Shown here: one piece after another, positions 27,513 through 41,483 of the stretch
Layout of the letters: every line of letters begins with the position of its first letter
Numbering within the stretch: the stretch's first letter is position 1
Assembly: GCA_013239625.1 (NCBI GenBank)
Contig: MU054049.1
Span: forward strand, 383,015 to 447,014
From: Lama guanicoe
Lineage: Eukaryota
Reading direction: 5' to 3'
DNA length: 64,000 nt
Position numbers and translations under genes: made by a program
The notes under the pieces: generated by a model
Database searches by the model: none
Seen by the model: only the letters and a program-made list of their open reading frames with translations
What the model was told of the DNA's origin: nothing

Positions 27513-28762
27513 GGCTCCTCCTGCCCCCACACCTTCCCAGTGCACAATGCACACAAGCCTACCAGACCCTCTGTGGCATTCTTGGGTGAAGACATGTTGT
27601 CCCCGTGTCCGGAGGACACAGGCAGAAGGGTTCTAAGAGTCAGGCAGAAGGTCTAATTAGTATCCTGGGGCCAGCACACAGTTGTTGTTCATCTGGTCAA
27701 ACACACAACAGAAAAGCATTTCTATTAGACAACTCGAGTTTTCACAGTTCTGACATACTATTACTTATTTATTTAGTCACTGTCACTCAGCGAGTTAATT
27801 CTTTTAAGGCCACCTTGTTCTGAATTAGGGGCTGGGGATTCGACCTTGAAGGACAAAATTAACTTCAGAGTCTGTCTTCAAGGAGTTCATGTTCATTCCA
27901 TAAAAAGCCCTCACATAGGATAAACATGTTTCTCTCTTCTAATCTGTGCCATAATAGGTCTGTAAGATGATGTTACATTGCTCCCATTGATTAAAAAATC
28001 TAGAAGGTTTTTTTTTTGGTTTGGCAACATTTCCATTAGTTACTTGCAAATGAAATGAGATTACTATAATCTGAATCTAAAAGTTAGTGTTTTAAAATAC
28101 ATATTTCAAAACTTTGAGATACAGGATGTTAAGAAATATTATTTAAAATATGGAAGTAAGGCAAAAACACAGGTGGCATATCGTTTCAATGTTATAATGA
28201 GGATGATGTTTACAAGGGCCTCCCAAGGATTAATTACATAAAAAATTGTACTTTGTACAACTCATTGTTTACCATTAATTAAAAGGCCTAGACTCGGTGA
28301 AATTATTGTATTAACTTATAGATTTTTATCTAGTAGGGATAACAATAATTTCTGTCTGATAGGAAAGATAATACCAAAGATTATAATTTATTGCCCTGTC
28401 AGATATTAACCAGGCTTTTAAAATCTAATACAGCATTCTAACTTTAATATTCATTCAAAATGCATATAAAAACCTAGATCCTCAAAATGTTCTCTGAATT
28501 AACTTTGTCACCTTCCTGGTTACTTCATTAATAAATAAATTGAATAAAGTCCTTAACATGGTTTCATTTCAAATTTTAATGAGTCACGTATTTAATTTTT
28601 TGAAAATTCTACTTTGATAAAGGGGAAAAACAATCTCTTTTTTTTTTTTTTAAAGGACAGCAGTGGCCTTGTGACTGGTACTGAGGTAACGGACTTAAAT
28701 AGTAGGCCCTCCCTGGAAATAACACTGAAAAGTTAAAGACCTCATTGTTAAGTAAAACATAC

Positions 28763-28907
28763 CAAGGATGACACCCAAGCTTCTGCCTCCCAAATCTATG
28801 ATTGAAAATATTTTAAATGATACACTCTGAATTAAAGATAGTTAAAGTGAATTTTCCTTCAGAAATGTCAGATAATGTCAAGATGCTCCTTGATAATCGG
28901 AGATACT
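28763..28907 (-). pseudogene. Exon remnant (E)YLRLSRSILTLSDISEGKFTLTIFNSECII*NIFNHRFGRQKLGCHP
   Basis: Acceptor atttattaaatag, donor TTG|gtatgt. Phase-1 entry matches the exit of 29080-29200. TAA at 28813-28815. Confidence 0.5.
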
Positions 28908-29079
28908 CTATTTAATAAATATCATTGTTTAAATGCGCTATCCAATGTGTTCCACCAAATGAACATGTGAATGGCACCCAAGCAATTTATCTTCTTTATA
29001 TAAATGCACACACACACACAAATTAGTAAGATCTCTCTAGCACACAGATGAGTAGACTGAAATCCATATTAATCCATAC

Positions 29080-29200
29080 CAACAGTCACCAATTTCAAAT
29101 CTTCCATGAAAGTCAGTAGAGCTCCCAGAACAAACAACTTTGATCAGAAACGTGTCCCCATTTCTGGTGTGTCCATTAGCGCAGTAAGTTTGAGATAACC
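29080..29200 (-). pseudogene. Exon remnant GYLKLTALMDTPEMGTRF*SKLFVLGALLTFMEDLKLVTV (an alternative frame is stop-free)
   Basis: Acceptor ttcttgtatttctatag, donor TTG|gtatgg. The phase-0 reading has TGA at 29144-29146; the other frame is ORF 29037..29228. Confidence 0.6.
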
Positions 29201-31099
29201 CTATAGAAATACAAGAACCAAACTGCATGAATTTCTCTTCTCTTAGATTTGACCTAGTGTATCACAAAAGAAATAGACAAAAGAATATCAATACTAAACT
29301 GATTAATGTTTAATTTTTAAAGTCACAGTTACTGTGGTAAATCCATAGTAGTATAAAACTGTACAATTCACCACTGACAAATGTGTACTGATGTCTAGGC
29401 AGTCTATAAGGTCTACAAAAGTAAATTATACAATAGAAACAGAATCTTCACTATTTTATAAAGCAAAAGATAACTTTTCAGGAAATAGTTGAAAGCTTCC
29501 ACTGTATTACCCACTTCCCCTTATGTTTTGGGTAAGTAAGCCCAAATCAGTGTTTATTTTCTAGTTTTTCTTGGACACATCTCCCCAGGTTGGACAAAAA
29601 GCATTTGAGGACAGGAACTGTAACTTTTTCATTTTTAAATCTTCAGTGACATTTTAGACACTCAAGAAGTGGTTGATGGATTAATTAGTTAATTCTGCGA
29701 AAAATGTGTCTGCATCACCAGTCTGCATGACCATTTCAAGAACTCAGAAGTCAGACCCCTAAATTAAAGGTTTCCCTCCAGCCCCCAGAGAAGATGCTGT
29801 AGTGTAGAAAATCAGGGAATTAAGCCTGAGAAGAGGGATGCCTAAAAAATTACTACTTGTTTTTGGGTACAGCTCTGAGGATAGAGGAAAAGAGCTCCAA
29901 CATGTCACAAAGTGGTTTCACATGATCATAAGAGGATGAAAACATAAGTATTTTGTTTGACCAGGTAACAAAAGCAGAACATTTTTCTTCAGGAGTTAAG
30001 AGTGACATAGAAGGGCCAATGAATACCATATATATTCTCAAATTCTCAGTTGGGGTGCTATTTTCAATTTATCTTAAACTCTCTCAAAACCAAAGCAGAT
30101 GCTAACAAAGGCCATTTCTTCATACTGACTTTATGTTAGATGCAAGATGAACCTTGCCCCAGTAATTCTGACCTCGAGGGCTGAGGCTGCTTCCAATTCA
30201 ATTCTTCCAAAAGTTCTATCTCACCCCACTCTCAGAGACCTATACTGGCCTGGAGAGAAGAGAATGAAACCCCTAAATGATCAATATTGAGTCATCTTGC
30301 TGCCCTTCCTGAAGTCGCCTCAGGGATAAGAGTTCCCTCCTGTGAAATTCAGATTTCCTGTGACCACACTGCCAGTATAAGCTTCTTGGACTATTATTAA
30401 TTATATAACATGTTTTATACCTTTTAACAATTGTTTTTAGTTTAGTTTTTTTTAAGGTATGATGTTGCTTGTTCTGATTATAAAGATAAGTAATATTCAT
30501 ATAGAAAGTAAAGTTACCACTAGGAAACTTCATTCTTGATCATCAGTTTAACCCTCATTGTCTGTAATGTGTGTGTGGGGTGTGGAGGATGAAGCCAGGA
30601 GGAATGAAGTGCTGAAGAGCCACCTCAAGAGTCACTGGCAATCCCGGCCAGTGCAATCAGGCAAGAGAAAGAAATAAAGGTATTCAGACTGGGAAGGAAG
30701 CAATGAAATTGTCTTTATTCGTGACATTAAAATATTTACACATAATTATACCTCAATAAAGCTATTTTTAAAAATCCATAAAAAGATAAATAATCTACTT
30801 CCATAAAAGTAAAATAAAACAGAGATAATTATTTGATTACTTAAAAAAAATCAAGTCATTAATGAAAGTTTAAATATTAAAAAAATAGTTGTTACCCATC
30901 AACCATAGAAATGAGAGAGAACTATCACCCTTCACGGGTCCTTACCATCTTATTTGTATGAAAGCACTGTGTTCAGTGTTCTTCTCGAGTCACGGAAGTT
31001 ATAAAGTTTCCACGTTTCTACTACCACTACTTCATCTGTTCACATTCTCCCTGTCTTCCCCTGTTTCTTACCATCCCCTCATGACCATACGCAGTCAGT

Positions 31100-34000
31100 G
31101 GGGCACTGCCCTGCTGCACCACCAGGTTCTCATGGGAAAGAGTGGAGAAAAATACCCTTGTGTTTCTGACAAGGGAAGGGGAAAAGTAACTCTTTTGAAA
31201 TGCACCTAGAGCACTCTCCATAATGGAGGCCTGCCCTCCAAGAAAAGGTATGTGACTAGAGCCCTATCTGACCTGGAAGGACAATTGGTCAACTCTAGCC
31301 CCCTCTAGCCATCCTGTCTCATGTAAGGGGTGAAAAAGAGAATACAAAACACTTCTAAATGTCATATTCCAAGGACTCAAGTCCAATAAAAAAACTGAAA
31401 TTTAATCATTAAGTTATACAATAGTTCTCATCCTCAAAACCCTACCATATCAATTAAGCTTCAGTATGTTAGCAGTGAACTGTAAGTGGAAAAGTTTCAA
31501 GTCACACACTCTGTTTGAGAAGGAGTTTGTAGGGAAACCCAAAGACATTAAAGAGGGGGGAAAAAACAAGGAAACTACAATAAACTTTAGCCTCTAGCAC
31601 CTACAGCTATAGGAAACATAAAGAGAGCCTAGATTAACATAAATACTCACTCTGAAAGCCTAAGTGTCTTAGTTCCTATTACCCAATACACCATGTCTGG
31701 CTTTCAACAGAAATTGCAAAGCTCTCCAAAAGAAAAAACAACACCTGAAGAGACAAAGCAAGTGTGAGAACCAGACCTCAGATACGGCACACATACTGGA
31801 ACTGTTATACAGAGATTTAAAATAACTGAGAGCTCTAATGGAAAATGTTAGACGATGTGCAAGAACAGATGGGTAATGTATACAAAGAGACGGAAACTAA
31901 GAAAGAATAAAAACAAAATGCTAGAAACCAAAAACACTGTAACATAAATGAAGAACGCCTCTGATGGGCTCCTCGTGAACTGGACATAGGTGAGGAAAGA
32001 AGCAGTGAGCCTGACGATACGTCAACAGAAGACTACAGAGTGGAATATTTTCAACGTTAAAAGAAAAATCCACCAACTTAGAGTTCTGTATCCAATAAAA
32101 TTAGCCTTCCAAAGTGAAGAAGGAATAAACACTTTCTCAGGCAAACAAAAACTGAGGGAATTTGTCACTAGTAGATCTGCCTTGCAGGAGATAGGTAAAA
32201 GAAGGTGATTTTTTTTTTTTAGCGCAAAGTGCTAGAGGTCAGAAACTAAAATTTATATAAATGAAGAGCAACACAAAAGAAATAAATGAAGGTGAAATAG
32301 AATCTTTTATTTTTCTTATTCTTAATTGATCTAATAAATAACGTTTCAAAGTAATAAAAACAAGAATGTATTGGGGATTATAGCATATGGATAAGTGAAA
32401 ATGACAGCAGTACTGTAAGGAACAGCAGGGGAAAACTGGGACTACTGTATTACAAGGTAACTGCAGTACCTGTGCAACAGCATAGTGTTCTTGGACAGTA
32501 GATTTATATTAATTGTAAATGTGTACTTCAAACACTGAGGCAATCACTAAAAAAAAGTAATTTTTTAATTAAAAGGAGATAAAATGATATAATTGATCAC
32601 AAAATGAACATTTAAAATCAGAGAAGGCAGAAAAATGGCGGAATAAGTGTAACAAGTACACAACAGTTACAAATACAGTAGGCTTAGCCCAACTATGCTA
32701 ATATCACTTTAAATGTGAATGGTCCAAATACATTCACAAAAAAGTTCCAAATGTAAGTTGTCTATAAGAATCTCACTTTAAATATGAAGATAAAGACAGA
32801 CTAAAACTAAAGGGAAGGAAAAAGATACAGCATGCTATCACTAATCAAAAGAAAGCTAGACTGGCTATATTAGTCTCAGGCAAAATGGACTTCAGAACAA
32901 GGAAAATTATCAAGGACAAAGGGTGACACACTACATGATAGGCAGTCCATTCTCCAAGAGGACATTAACAATCCTGAACATGTATATACCTAACAAGGAG
33001 GGTCCGAATATGTAAGGCAAGAGGGACAGAACTATGAAAAGAAATGAACAAATCTACTACTACAGTTGTAGACTTCAGCACCCTTTATCATACTGACAGA
33101 TTCAGCAGGCAGAAAATCAGTAAGGACATAGTTGAAATGATCAACACCAGCAATCAACTGTATCTAATTGACATTTATAGAATATTTCATTTAACAACAG
33201 CAGAATACATGCTCTAGTCAAACTTGCATGGAACATTCACCACAACAGGCCACATTTGGGGCCATAAAACACACTTTAACAAATTTAAAAGAGTAGAAAA
33301 TACAAAATATGCTCTCAGACCGCAGTGAAATTAAACTAGAAATAAATAACAGAAAGACAGCTTAAGATTAAACAACATGTGTTTAACACAAAGGTCAAAG
33401 AAGTCTCAACGGAAATCAAAAAATATTTTGAACTAAATGAAAATAAAAATACAACTTATCAAATTTTGAGAGATGGAGCAAAAGCAGCACTTAGACAGAA
33501 ATTTATAGCACTGAATGCATATATCAGAAAAAAAAGGGACATAAAATCAACAACTAAACCTCCACCTTTGGGAATTAAACAAAGAAGAGGCACTGTAAGC
33601 CTAAAGCAAGCAAAGAAAAGAAATAAAAAAAATTAGAGCACAAATAAATGAAAATGATAACAGAAAATCAATAGAGAAAATCAATGAACTAAAAGCTGGT
33701 TCTTTGTAAAGATAAACAAAATTGATAAACCTATAGCCAGGATAACAAAGGAAAAAAGTGAGTAAATTACTGACTACTAATACTAGATATTATCAATATC
33801 AGACATGAATAGGGGTCATCACTGTTGATTCCATGGACATTAAAAGAATAATAAAGGAATATTACATTGCCCCCAAATTTGATAACTTAAAGAGACCCAA
33901 CTCCTTATAAAACAGAAACTACTAATACTGACAAAGGAAAAGTAAATCACCTGAATAGGCCCACATCTATTAAAGAAACTGAATTAATAACTAATACTCT

Positions 34001-36214
34001 TCCAATATTCCAGACCCAGAATATTTAACTAGTGAATTTTACCAAATATTTAAGGCAAAAACTATACAAATTCTCTCAAATCTCTTCCAGAAAATAAGGC
34101 CATAGAGAACACCTCCTAACTCATCTATGAAGCCAGCATTGCCCTAACACCAAAACCAAATAAAACATTAGAAGAAAGAAAAACCACAGGCCAACATCAT
34201 TCATGAATACAGATACATAAATCTTCAACGAAAGTATTAGCAAATTGAATCCAACAATGTATAAAAAGAATTATACACCATGACCAGTGGAACTTATGCC
34301 AGGTATGCAAGTTTGGTTCAGCATTCAAAAGTCAACTAATGTAATGCAACAAAAAAAGCTAAAGAAGAAAAATCATATTATCATATTAACATATGCAGAG
34401 AAAAACATCTGACAAAATACAAATTTCACTCATTATAAAAACTCTCAGAAAACTAGGACTAGAGGAGGGGAACTTCCTCAACTTGATAAAGAACATCTAC
34501 CAAAAATTTTACAGGTAATTTAATAAATGGTGAGAAACTAGATGCTTTCCCCTAAGATGGGAAACAAGGCAAGGATGTCTTCTCTTACCACTCCCATTCA
34601 AGTTCGTATTAGAAGTCTTAGCTAATGCAGTAAGACACGAGAAGGAAAGAAAAGATATACAGATTGGGAAGAAAGGAATAAAACTGCTTTCTTCCCAGAT
34701 GGCATGATTGTTTATGAAGAAAATCCCAAAGAAGCAATAATAACAACAAAGAACTCCTAGAACTAATAAGCAATTATAACAAGGTTGTAAGACACAGAGT
34801 CAATATACAAATGTAAATTCCTTTCCTGTATACCAGCAATGAACAACTGGAATTGTAAATAAATAACATTAAATTAGTGCCCCCACTAAATAAAATACAT
34901 ATGTAAAAAATCTAACAAAATATATACAGGATCTATATGAGGAACTCTACAAAACAGATGAAAGAAATCAAAGATCTAAATACACAGAGAGATATTCCAT
35001 GCTCATGGACAGAAAGAACCAATATTGTCAAGATCCTGATTATTCCCAATGTGATTTATAGTCAATGAAATCTCAATCAAAATCCCAGCAAATTATTCTG
35101 TAGTTATCAACAAACTCACTCTAAAGTGTATATGGAAAAGCAAAAGATCCAGAATGGCCAACAAAATACTGAAGAAGGATAAAGCTGGAACACCAACACT
35201 AAAGATTTCAAGACTTACTATAAAGCTACAGTAATCAAGACAGCATGGTACTGGTAAAAGAAGAAACAAATAGATAAAGGAAATAGACTTGACATAGACC
35301 CACACAGATAGAGTCAACTGATCTTTGACAAAGGATCAAAGGCAACTAAATGGAGAAAAAATATTCTTTTTGATAGATGGTATTAAAACAACTGGACACC
35401 CATATGCAAAAAAAAAAAGAATCTAAACATAGATCTTATACTTTCATAAAAATTAAGTCCAAATGGATCATAAGCCTCAATGCAAAACAGAAAACTATAA
35501 ATAACTTCTAGGAGGTAACAATATTGGTGCCCAATGTCTACCAGAACAAAGTATCACAAACTGGGTGGCTTAAAAGAAAAGAACTCTTAAAGCTCAACAA
35601 TAAGAAAACAACCCAATTTTAAAATAGGCAAAAAAAAAAAAAAGCTAAACTGACATCTCATCAAAGGATATGTACAGATGGCAAATAAGCATATGAAAAG
35701 CATGCTCAACATCATGTGTCATTAGAGAACTGCAAGTTAAAACAACAGTAAGATGTTACTACATAACTATCAGAATGGCTGAAACTCAAAGAAGTGACGA
35801 TACAAAATGCCAGTAAGGATGTGGATTTATTGCTGGGAAAACAAATGGCACAGTTACTCTAGAAAACTGTTTTAGCAGATCCTTACAAAGCTAAACACAG
35901 TACTGTGATATGATCCAGCAATTGCTCTCCTAGAGACCACCCAACTGACCTGAAACTTAAGTCCATACAAAAAACACACACTCAAATGTTTATAGTTGGT
36001 TTATTCATGATCACCCAAAACTGGAAGCAATCAAGATGTACTTCAGTAGTTGAATGGATAAACTGTGGTATATCCACACCATGGAATATTATTCAGTGAT
36101 AAAAAGAAATAAGCTATCTAGCCAGAAATATATATGGAGGAACTTTAAGTGAATGTTGCTAAGGGAAAAAAGCCAATCTGAAAAGGCTATTTACTGTATG
36201 ATTCCACCTCTATG
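31100..36214 (+). mobile_element. Long decayed L1 (5' region, partly deleted ORF1, ORF2, start of 3'UTR)
   Basis: ORF1 C-terminal peptide LYPIKLAFQSEEGINTFSGKQKLREFVTSRSALQE (31990..32208) and ORF2 peptide [19 protein letters not shown] (33379..33636). Confidence 0.92.
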
Positions 36215-36411
36215 ACAAGTCCTTTATCAGGTAGGTGTTTTGCAAGCATTTTCTCCCAGTGTATGACTTATCTTTACTTTGTTAAAAGGAGTTTTCACAA
36301 AAGTGTTTAATTTTAATAACATCCAATTTATACATTTTTTTCTTTCTTTTGATGTTGTAATTAAAAACTCATTGCCAAAACCAAGGCCACCTAGATTCTC
36401 TCCTGTGTAAT
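36215..36411 (-). mobile_element. Inverted L1 ORF2 segment
   Basis: The reverse complement reads caggagagaatctaggtggccttgg...ctgggagaaaatgcttgcaaaacacctacctgataaaggacttg. Confidence 0.85.
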
Positions 36412-38296
36412 TGTTATGGGTAAACTGTGTCCCTTAAAAAGATATTTTGAAGTCCTAACCCCCAGTATCTATGAATGTGAACTCATAGAGTACTTGCAGG
36501 TATAATCAAGTTAAGATGAGTTCCTAACCCAATGACTGGTATCCTTATAAGGCAAAGGATATGTGGACACAGACACACAGGAAGAAATCCATGTGATAAG
36601 AGAAGAAAAACTTGGAGTCATATGTCTATAAGCCAAGGAACACCAAGGATTACTGGCAACCACTAAAAATTAGACTGACGCAAGGAAGGATCCTTCCATA
36701 GAGACTTCAGGGACAGCATGGCCTTGCTGACACCTTCATTTTAGAATTCTGCCTCTAGAAATGTGAAAGAAAACACTTCTCTTTTTTAAAGCCATCTAGT
36801 TTGTAGCACTTTGTTATGGCAAAGCTAGGAAACTGATACACATTTTGATACCAGAAAGTGTGGTGCTGCTATAATAATTACCAAAAAAACTGTGAAATGG
36901 GTTTAGAATTAAGTAATGGTAGAAGCTGGAAGAGTTTTGAAGTACATGATAGAAAAAGCTTAAATTGCCTTAAAAAGACTGTTGGTAGAAATACAAATGT
37001 TAAAGGCAATTTGGTGAGGGATCAGCAACAAAAGTGGGGAACTGTAGAAAAAGCAACCACAGTTTTAGAGAACACATATATCATCAAGAATGGAATGCTG
37101 CTAGAAATGCGAACTTCAAAGGCTCTTCTGGTGAAGGCTTAAAAGGAAATGATGAACATATTATTGGACACTGGAAAAAAAAGAGATCCTTGTTACAAAG
37201 TGGCAGAAACTTGGCTGAATTTTGTTCTGCTGCTGGGTGAAAAGTAAAACTTGTAAGTAACGGCTTGGTTATTCGGCTGCAGAGTTTCCTGAACAAAGTG
37301 TGGAAGATGTAACCATAGTTCCTCGTTGCTTATAGTAAAATGCAAGAGGAAAGAGATAAATTGAGAAGGAAATTATTAAGCAGAAAGGAACCAACACTTG
37401 ACGATTTGTAAAATTCTCAACCTATCCAAAATATCATGCTCTGGGAACAGGACTAAAGGTGTAGCTGGACAAGCTTTCACCAAAGAGATGAGGTCTATGA
37501 CTCGTGGATCCAGCCCACCCTCCCAGCAGAAACACTGCTGGCCTGGAAAGAAGAGGGCAGAGCTAGAATGTAATGCAGGAGGGCTGTCAGGCTTTCTGCA
37601 CTCTACAAACAGGAAACAAGCCGCCCAGAGATATATCTGCTGCTACAGGCTAAGGTCAGTTAGGCTGACTTCACTGAGGGCAGCTCAGAGGCCAACATGG
37701 CGTCCATGGGCCCAGAGGGTAGGTCAACCCAGAGAATTATGCTCAGGCCTTGAAACCTAGTGAAACTGGCCCTGCTGTGTGGATTCATCACTTGGGACCT
37801 GTGACTCTTTTTCCCCTCCCATTTTCTTCCTTTTGGAATAAGAGTGTCTATCTTATGACTATAAGACCATTGTTTTCTAGGTTTCAAGACAAACAAATGG
37901 AGATGAGTTTTGTCCCATTATAGACCATACCCAGAGTCTCACACATATCTGATCTAGATGATTTATAAGATAAGATTTGGGACATTTTGAGTTGAGAAGT
38001 TTTGTTGAGATATCGGACTTAGAGCTGATGCTGGAAGGGGTCAAGCCTCTTGAGGATGTTGAGATAGAGTCAATCAATGTATTCTGCACATGTTAAGGAC
38101 ATGAATTTTGAGGGTGAAAGGCAGACTGCTTTGATTTGAGTTGTGTCAACCAATTAAACTTTGCTGCCAAGGATTGCCAGCAACCACTAAAAGAGAGGAA
38201 GAGGCAAAAAAGATGTTCCCCTAAAACCTCAGAGAAAGCATGGCCCTGCTGACACCCTGATTTCATACTTCTAGCTTCCTGAGCTGTGAGAGAATC
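36412..38296 (+). mobile_element. MLT1 (MaLR) provirus: 5' LTR 36412-36840, internal region, incomplete 3' LTR
   Basis: LTR runs tgttatggg...ggaaactgataca, followed by internal-like ttttgataccagaaagtgtggtgctgct. The second LTR piece gccaaggattgccagcaaccac...ctgtgagagaat lacks its end. Confidence 0.85.
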
Positions 38297-38299
38297 TAT

Positions 38300-38730
38300 A
38301 TCTCAGGAAACTAAAAGCACAAACCACAAAAGAAAAATTGCTAATTGGACTCATAAAAATTAAAAACACCTGCTCTTCAAAAGACAGCATTAAGAAAACA
38401 ATACAAAAATAAGACATGATGGGAGAAACCACTTATCTGAAAAATTATTTATATCCCAAACGTATAAAGACCTTTACAACTCAAAAAGAAGAAACCAGAA
38501 AATCAACCCAATTTTTTTAAATGTGCAAAAAATGTCAACAGACACTTTACCAAAGAAACACAGACGGCAAATAAACATATGAAAAGATGCTCAACACCAC
38601 TAGTCAAAAAAAAAGAGATACCACTACATACCTATTGGAAAGGCTAAAATGAAACACACACACACACACACCCCAATACAAAGTAGTTCTGGCAACGATA
38701 TGGAGCAACCGGAATGCTCATCATTGCTGT
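38300..38730 (+). mobile_element. L1 ORF2 3' fragment
   Basis: gcaaataaacatatgaaaagatgctcaacaccactagtca. Confidence 0.8.
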
Positions 38731-39109
38731 TAGAATCACTTTACTCATTACCCTGTTTTACTTTTCTTAAAAGCACCTTTCATTACCCTTAAGTTTGCTT
38801 ATGTACATAAGTCAAAATATATCTGCTCATATGTTTACTGTGTATCTTCCTCAATATAAGTACCACAAGGCTGGTGACTTGACCTGTCTTGTCACCATTG
38901 TGTCATCTCAGCACTAAGAAAAATGGCAAAAACTGGGCACTCAATACATATTAAGAGGCAAGAAGGAGCAGAAAGGACTCTAAGATATGTGAATGTATAT
39001 AGGCAAAGAACCGAGTCACAGCACTCTACAGAGGGACAACCTACTGGTGTAAAATTAAATAAATAAATAAATATAGATACCCACCCCCCAAAGGCTGTAT
39101 GGTATAATG

Positions 39110-40025
39110 CAGAGATTGCCAATTTCAGCCAATTAGAAGCAGCTGGAGAGCTTTGTAAAATCCCAATTTCCGGCCACACTAAATCAATTAAAGCAGAATT
39201 TCTTGAGAATGGGAGCCAAGGATCTATCATTAAAGCTCCCCAGGTGATCCAACTGTGTAGTGAAGGTTGAAAATCACTGAGGAAATGAAACCCAGACTTC
39301 AGAGCTGTGCATACTTGGGTGCACATCTTGGGCAGGTTAGTTGACCTCCCTAAGCCCCAAAATTCTCATCTACAAAATGGGAATAATAAACACCTCCTAG
39401 AGTCGTTGTAAGATTGAGATTTCACATAAAGTTCTCAGTCAATGTTAATTCTTCCCAGGGAAAACTTAATGAAATCTTCATTGCCCAGTGATAAATGCTG
39501 ATTCAGTCATCAATTCATATCTTTTTTGTCACTTGATTATTAAATTGAACATGTGCAATGGGGAAGTTTAGAAACAGTCATTTTTTCACTCTCCTATTTT
39601 AAATCTAGGAGTAACTAAACTGTGAAGGGAAATCTAGCTGATTATTTATACCAGTGATTCTCAAACGTGGCTGCAGATCAATCACCCAAGAAACTTTTTC
39701 AAAAATACCATTATCAAATGTCCAGACCTTGACCAAAGCACTTGAATTAGAATCCCTGGGGTAAGTCCAGGGCATCAGTAATTTTTAAAAATCCAAATGA
39801 ACAGTGATTTTAAAAAACAGGGCTGAACAGCACTGATTTGCACTAATGATATCCCATGCTAAGTGCACATCTGAGTCATTCTGGGAGCTCTTAACAAATA
39901 GATTGAATCCAGAACCCCAGCATGACTTACTGATTCAGAATCTGTGGATGTGAAGCCCATCATTTTGCAAAGCTTCTCAAAACTCTCCCGATTATCCTGA
40001 TGTAAACCCACTGGGAACCACTACT
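39110..40025. mobile_element. Cluster of three MER5-type MITEs plus a MIR (about 39290-39450)
   Basis: cagtgattctcaaac, aagctccccaggtgat and gggaaccactact motifs; MIR core ttctcatctacaaaatgggaataata. Confidence 0.65.
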
Positions 40026-40619
40026 TTATACCATGCATTTACTCTCCCTGTTGTCTACCAGAAAACATCGTCTAGAACTTTCACTGGCCTCCCATGCCAA
40101 GCCTGATCAGTTGCTTTTAATCAGTAACGGAAGCAACACATCACGGTCAGCCTCAATTTTATAGATCACTGATGCTCATGTTCACATGCAGCCCCTTGAC
40201 CCACATCATTTACCATACACTGTGCCCAGCACTGGCTATGTAGTCCATTGGCCTTTCCAACCCAATCCCTCTAACAGGCTGCCTGGGAAGGGCAAAATGG
40301 AAGCATATTACTCCCCAGGCCTCATTTCCCTTTAAGAGATACTGCAATACCAGGACAAATTAAATGAACATCCACGGCCAGATGAATCTGAATGAAATCC
40401 AAGTTGTCTTCTGGACCTAGAAGCACTGGTATGCTTGCTTCCATCAGAGAGATAATAAAATCAGAGGAAACAAAGATAATGCCTGAGTTAGGAGCATGTC
40501 CAAACTCCACCTAGACCCAGTAGTAGGGCCCACAGAGAATGATTCTAGGGGAGTCAATCAGTACACACATCACCATGGCCGCATTACCAGGCAGATGACA
40601 AGAGCAGCATTTAAACCAC

Positions 40620-41075
40620 CAGGGACGAATTTAGGCTTATTAAGTGTATTAACTCCTGTGATCTTCATAAGAACCCTAGCATGCACGGACTGTTACTTCT
40701 ATTTCATGGATAAAGAAACAAAGGCACATGGAGGATAAATAATTTACCCAAGGACACGCAGCTAATGGGTGGCAGTTTCTGAACCCAGGCAACCTGCTCC
40801 AGTCCATTACCTTATTTACTCTACTACAGTGTAGATGACTGATGGTCAAGGTCTTACACAGAAAAAAAGTTGATGTCTGCAGGAGAAACTGGAGATCAGC
40901 CTCTGTACCTTGGGCAAGTTACTTAACCCCTCTGAGCCTATTTTTGCATCTGAAAAACAGACATAACAATAGTACCTGCCTCACTGAGATGAGGTGACAA
41001 TAGACAAGATTATGCATGTGATGTGCTTACAACAGTGCCTGGCACTTGGCAGACCTGTCAGATGTTATTTGCATC
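40620..41075. mobile_element. Two MIRs in opposite orientation
   Basis: aatttacccaaggacacgcagcta (minus) and ccttgggcaagttacttaacccctctgagcct (plus). Confidence 0.75.
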
Positions 41076-41141
41076 ACACTACAGCCCAAAGGGGTCAGGG
41101 AGAAATGACAGCCCATGAAACTGCAACTCTCCCCCGATTAC

Positions 41142-41191
41142 CTTAGATCTGTAGATTCTGTAGATTCCCATTTCATCAGATCCAGTAAGAG
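41142..41191 (-). pseudogene. 50-nt exon remnant LTGSDEMGIYRIYRSK
   Basis: Acceptor tttatcttttattcctgcag, donor AAG|gtaatc; phase 1 to phase 0. Confidence 0.65.
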
Positions 41192-41337
41192 CTGCAGGAA
41201 TAAAAGATAAACAAAACTTAAGAACTGCCACTGTGACAAACCCCCAGCCGATCCAGTCCAAGACTAGGAGTCCGTATGAAAATGGAAAGCTCCGTTTGCT
41301 ACAGTTGCTATAGTTTGGCTCTTTTTAGCACACATAC

Positions 41338-41483
41338 TCAATTATCAAGCTGTATAAATGTAACCACACCAGGAGCCAGACTTCCAAGTAGCTGCAAACT
41401 GCGGTGGACTTTGGTTTGACTGGAGAAGATGCCACAGGACACGATCCTGTCCGGTGGTAAATGTCAGCCTTCCTCAGGCACAT
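41338..41483 (-). pseudogene. Exon remnant with dead acceptor: CA*GRLTFTTGQDRVLWHLLQSNQSPPQFAATWKSGSWCGYIYTA**L
   Basis: Long polypyrimidine tract ends in tttttacaa instead of cag; donor TGA|gtatgt. Phase 2 to phase 1 links both neighbouring exons. Confidence 0.5.

Noticed and set aside
31990..35317. ORFs with recognisable protein similarity
   Set aside because: They are decayed L1 ORF1/ORF2 fragments or their antisense, not host genes.
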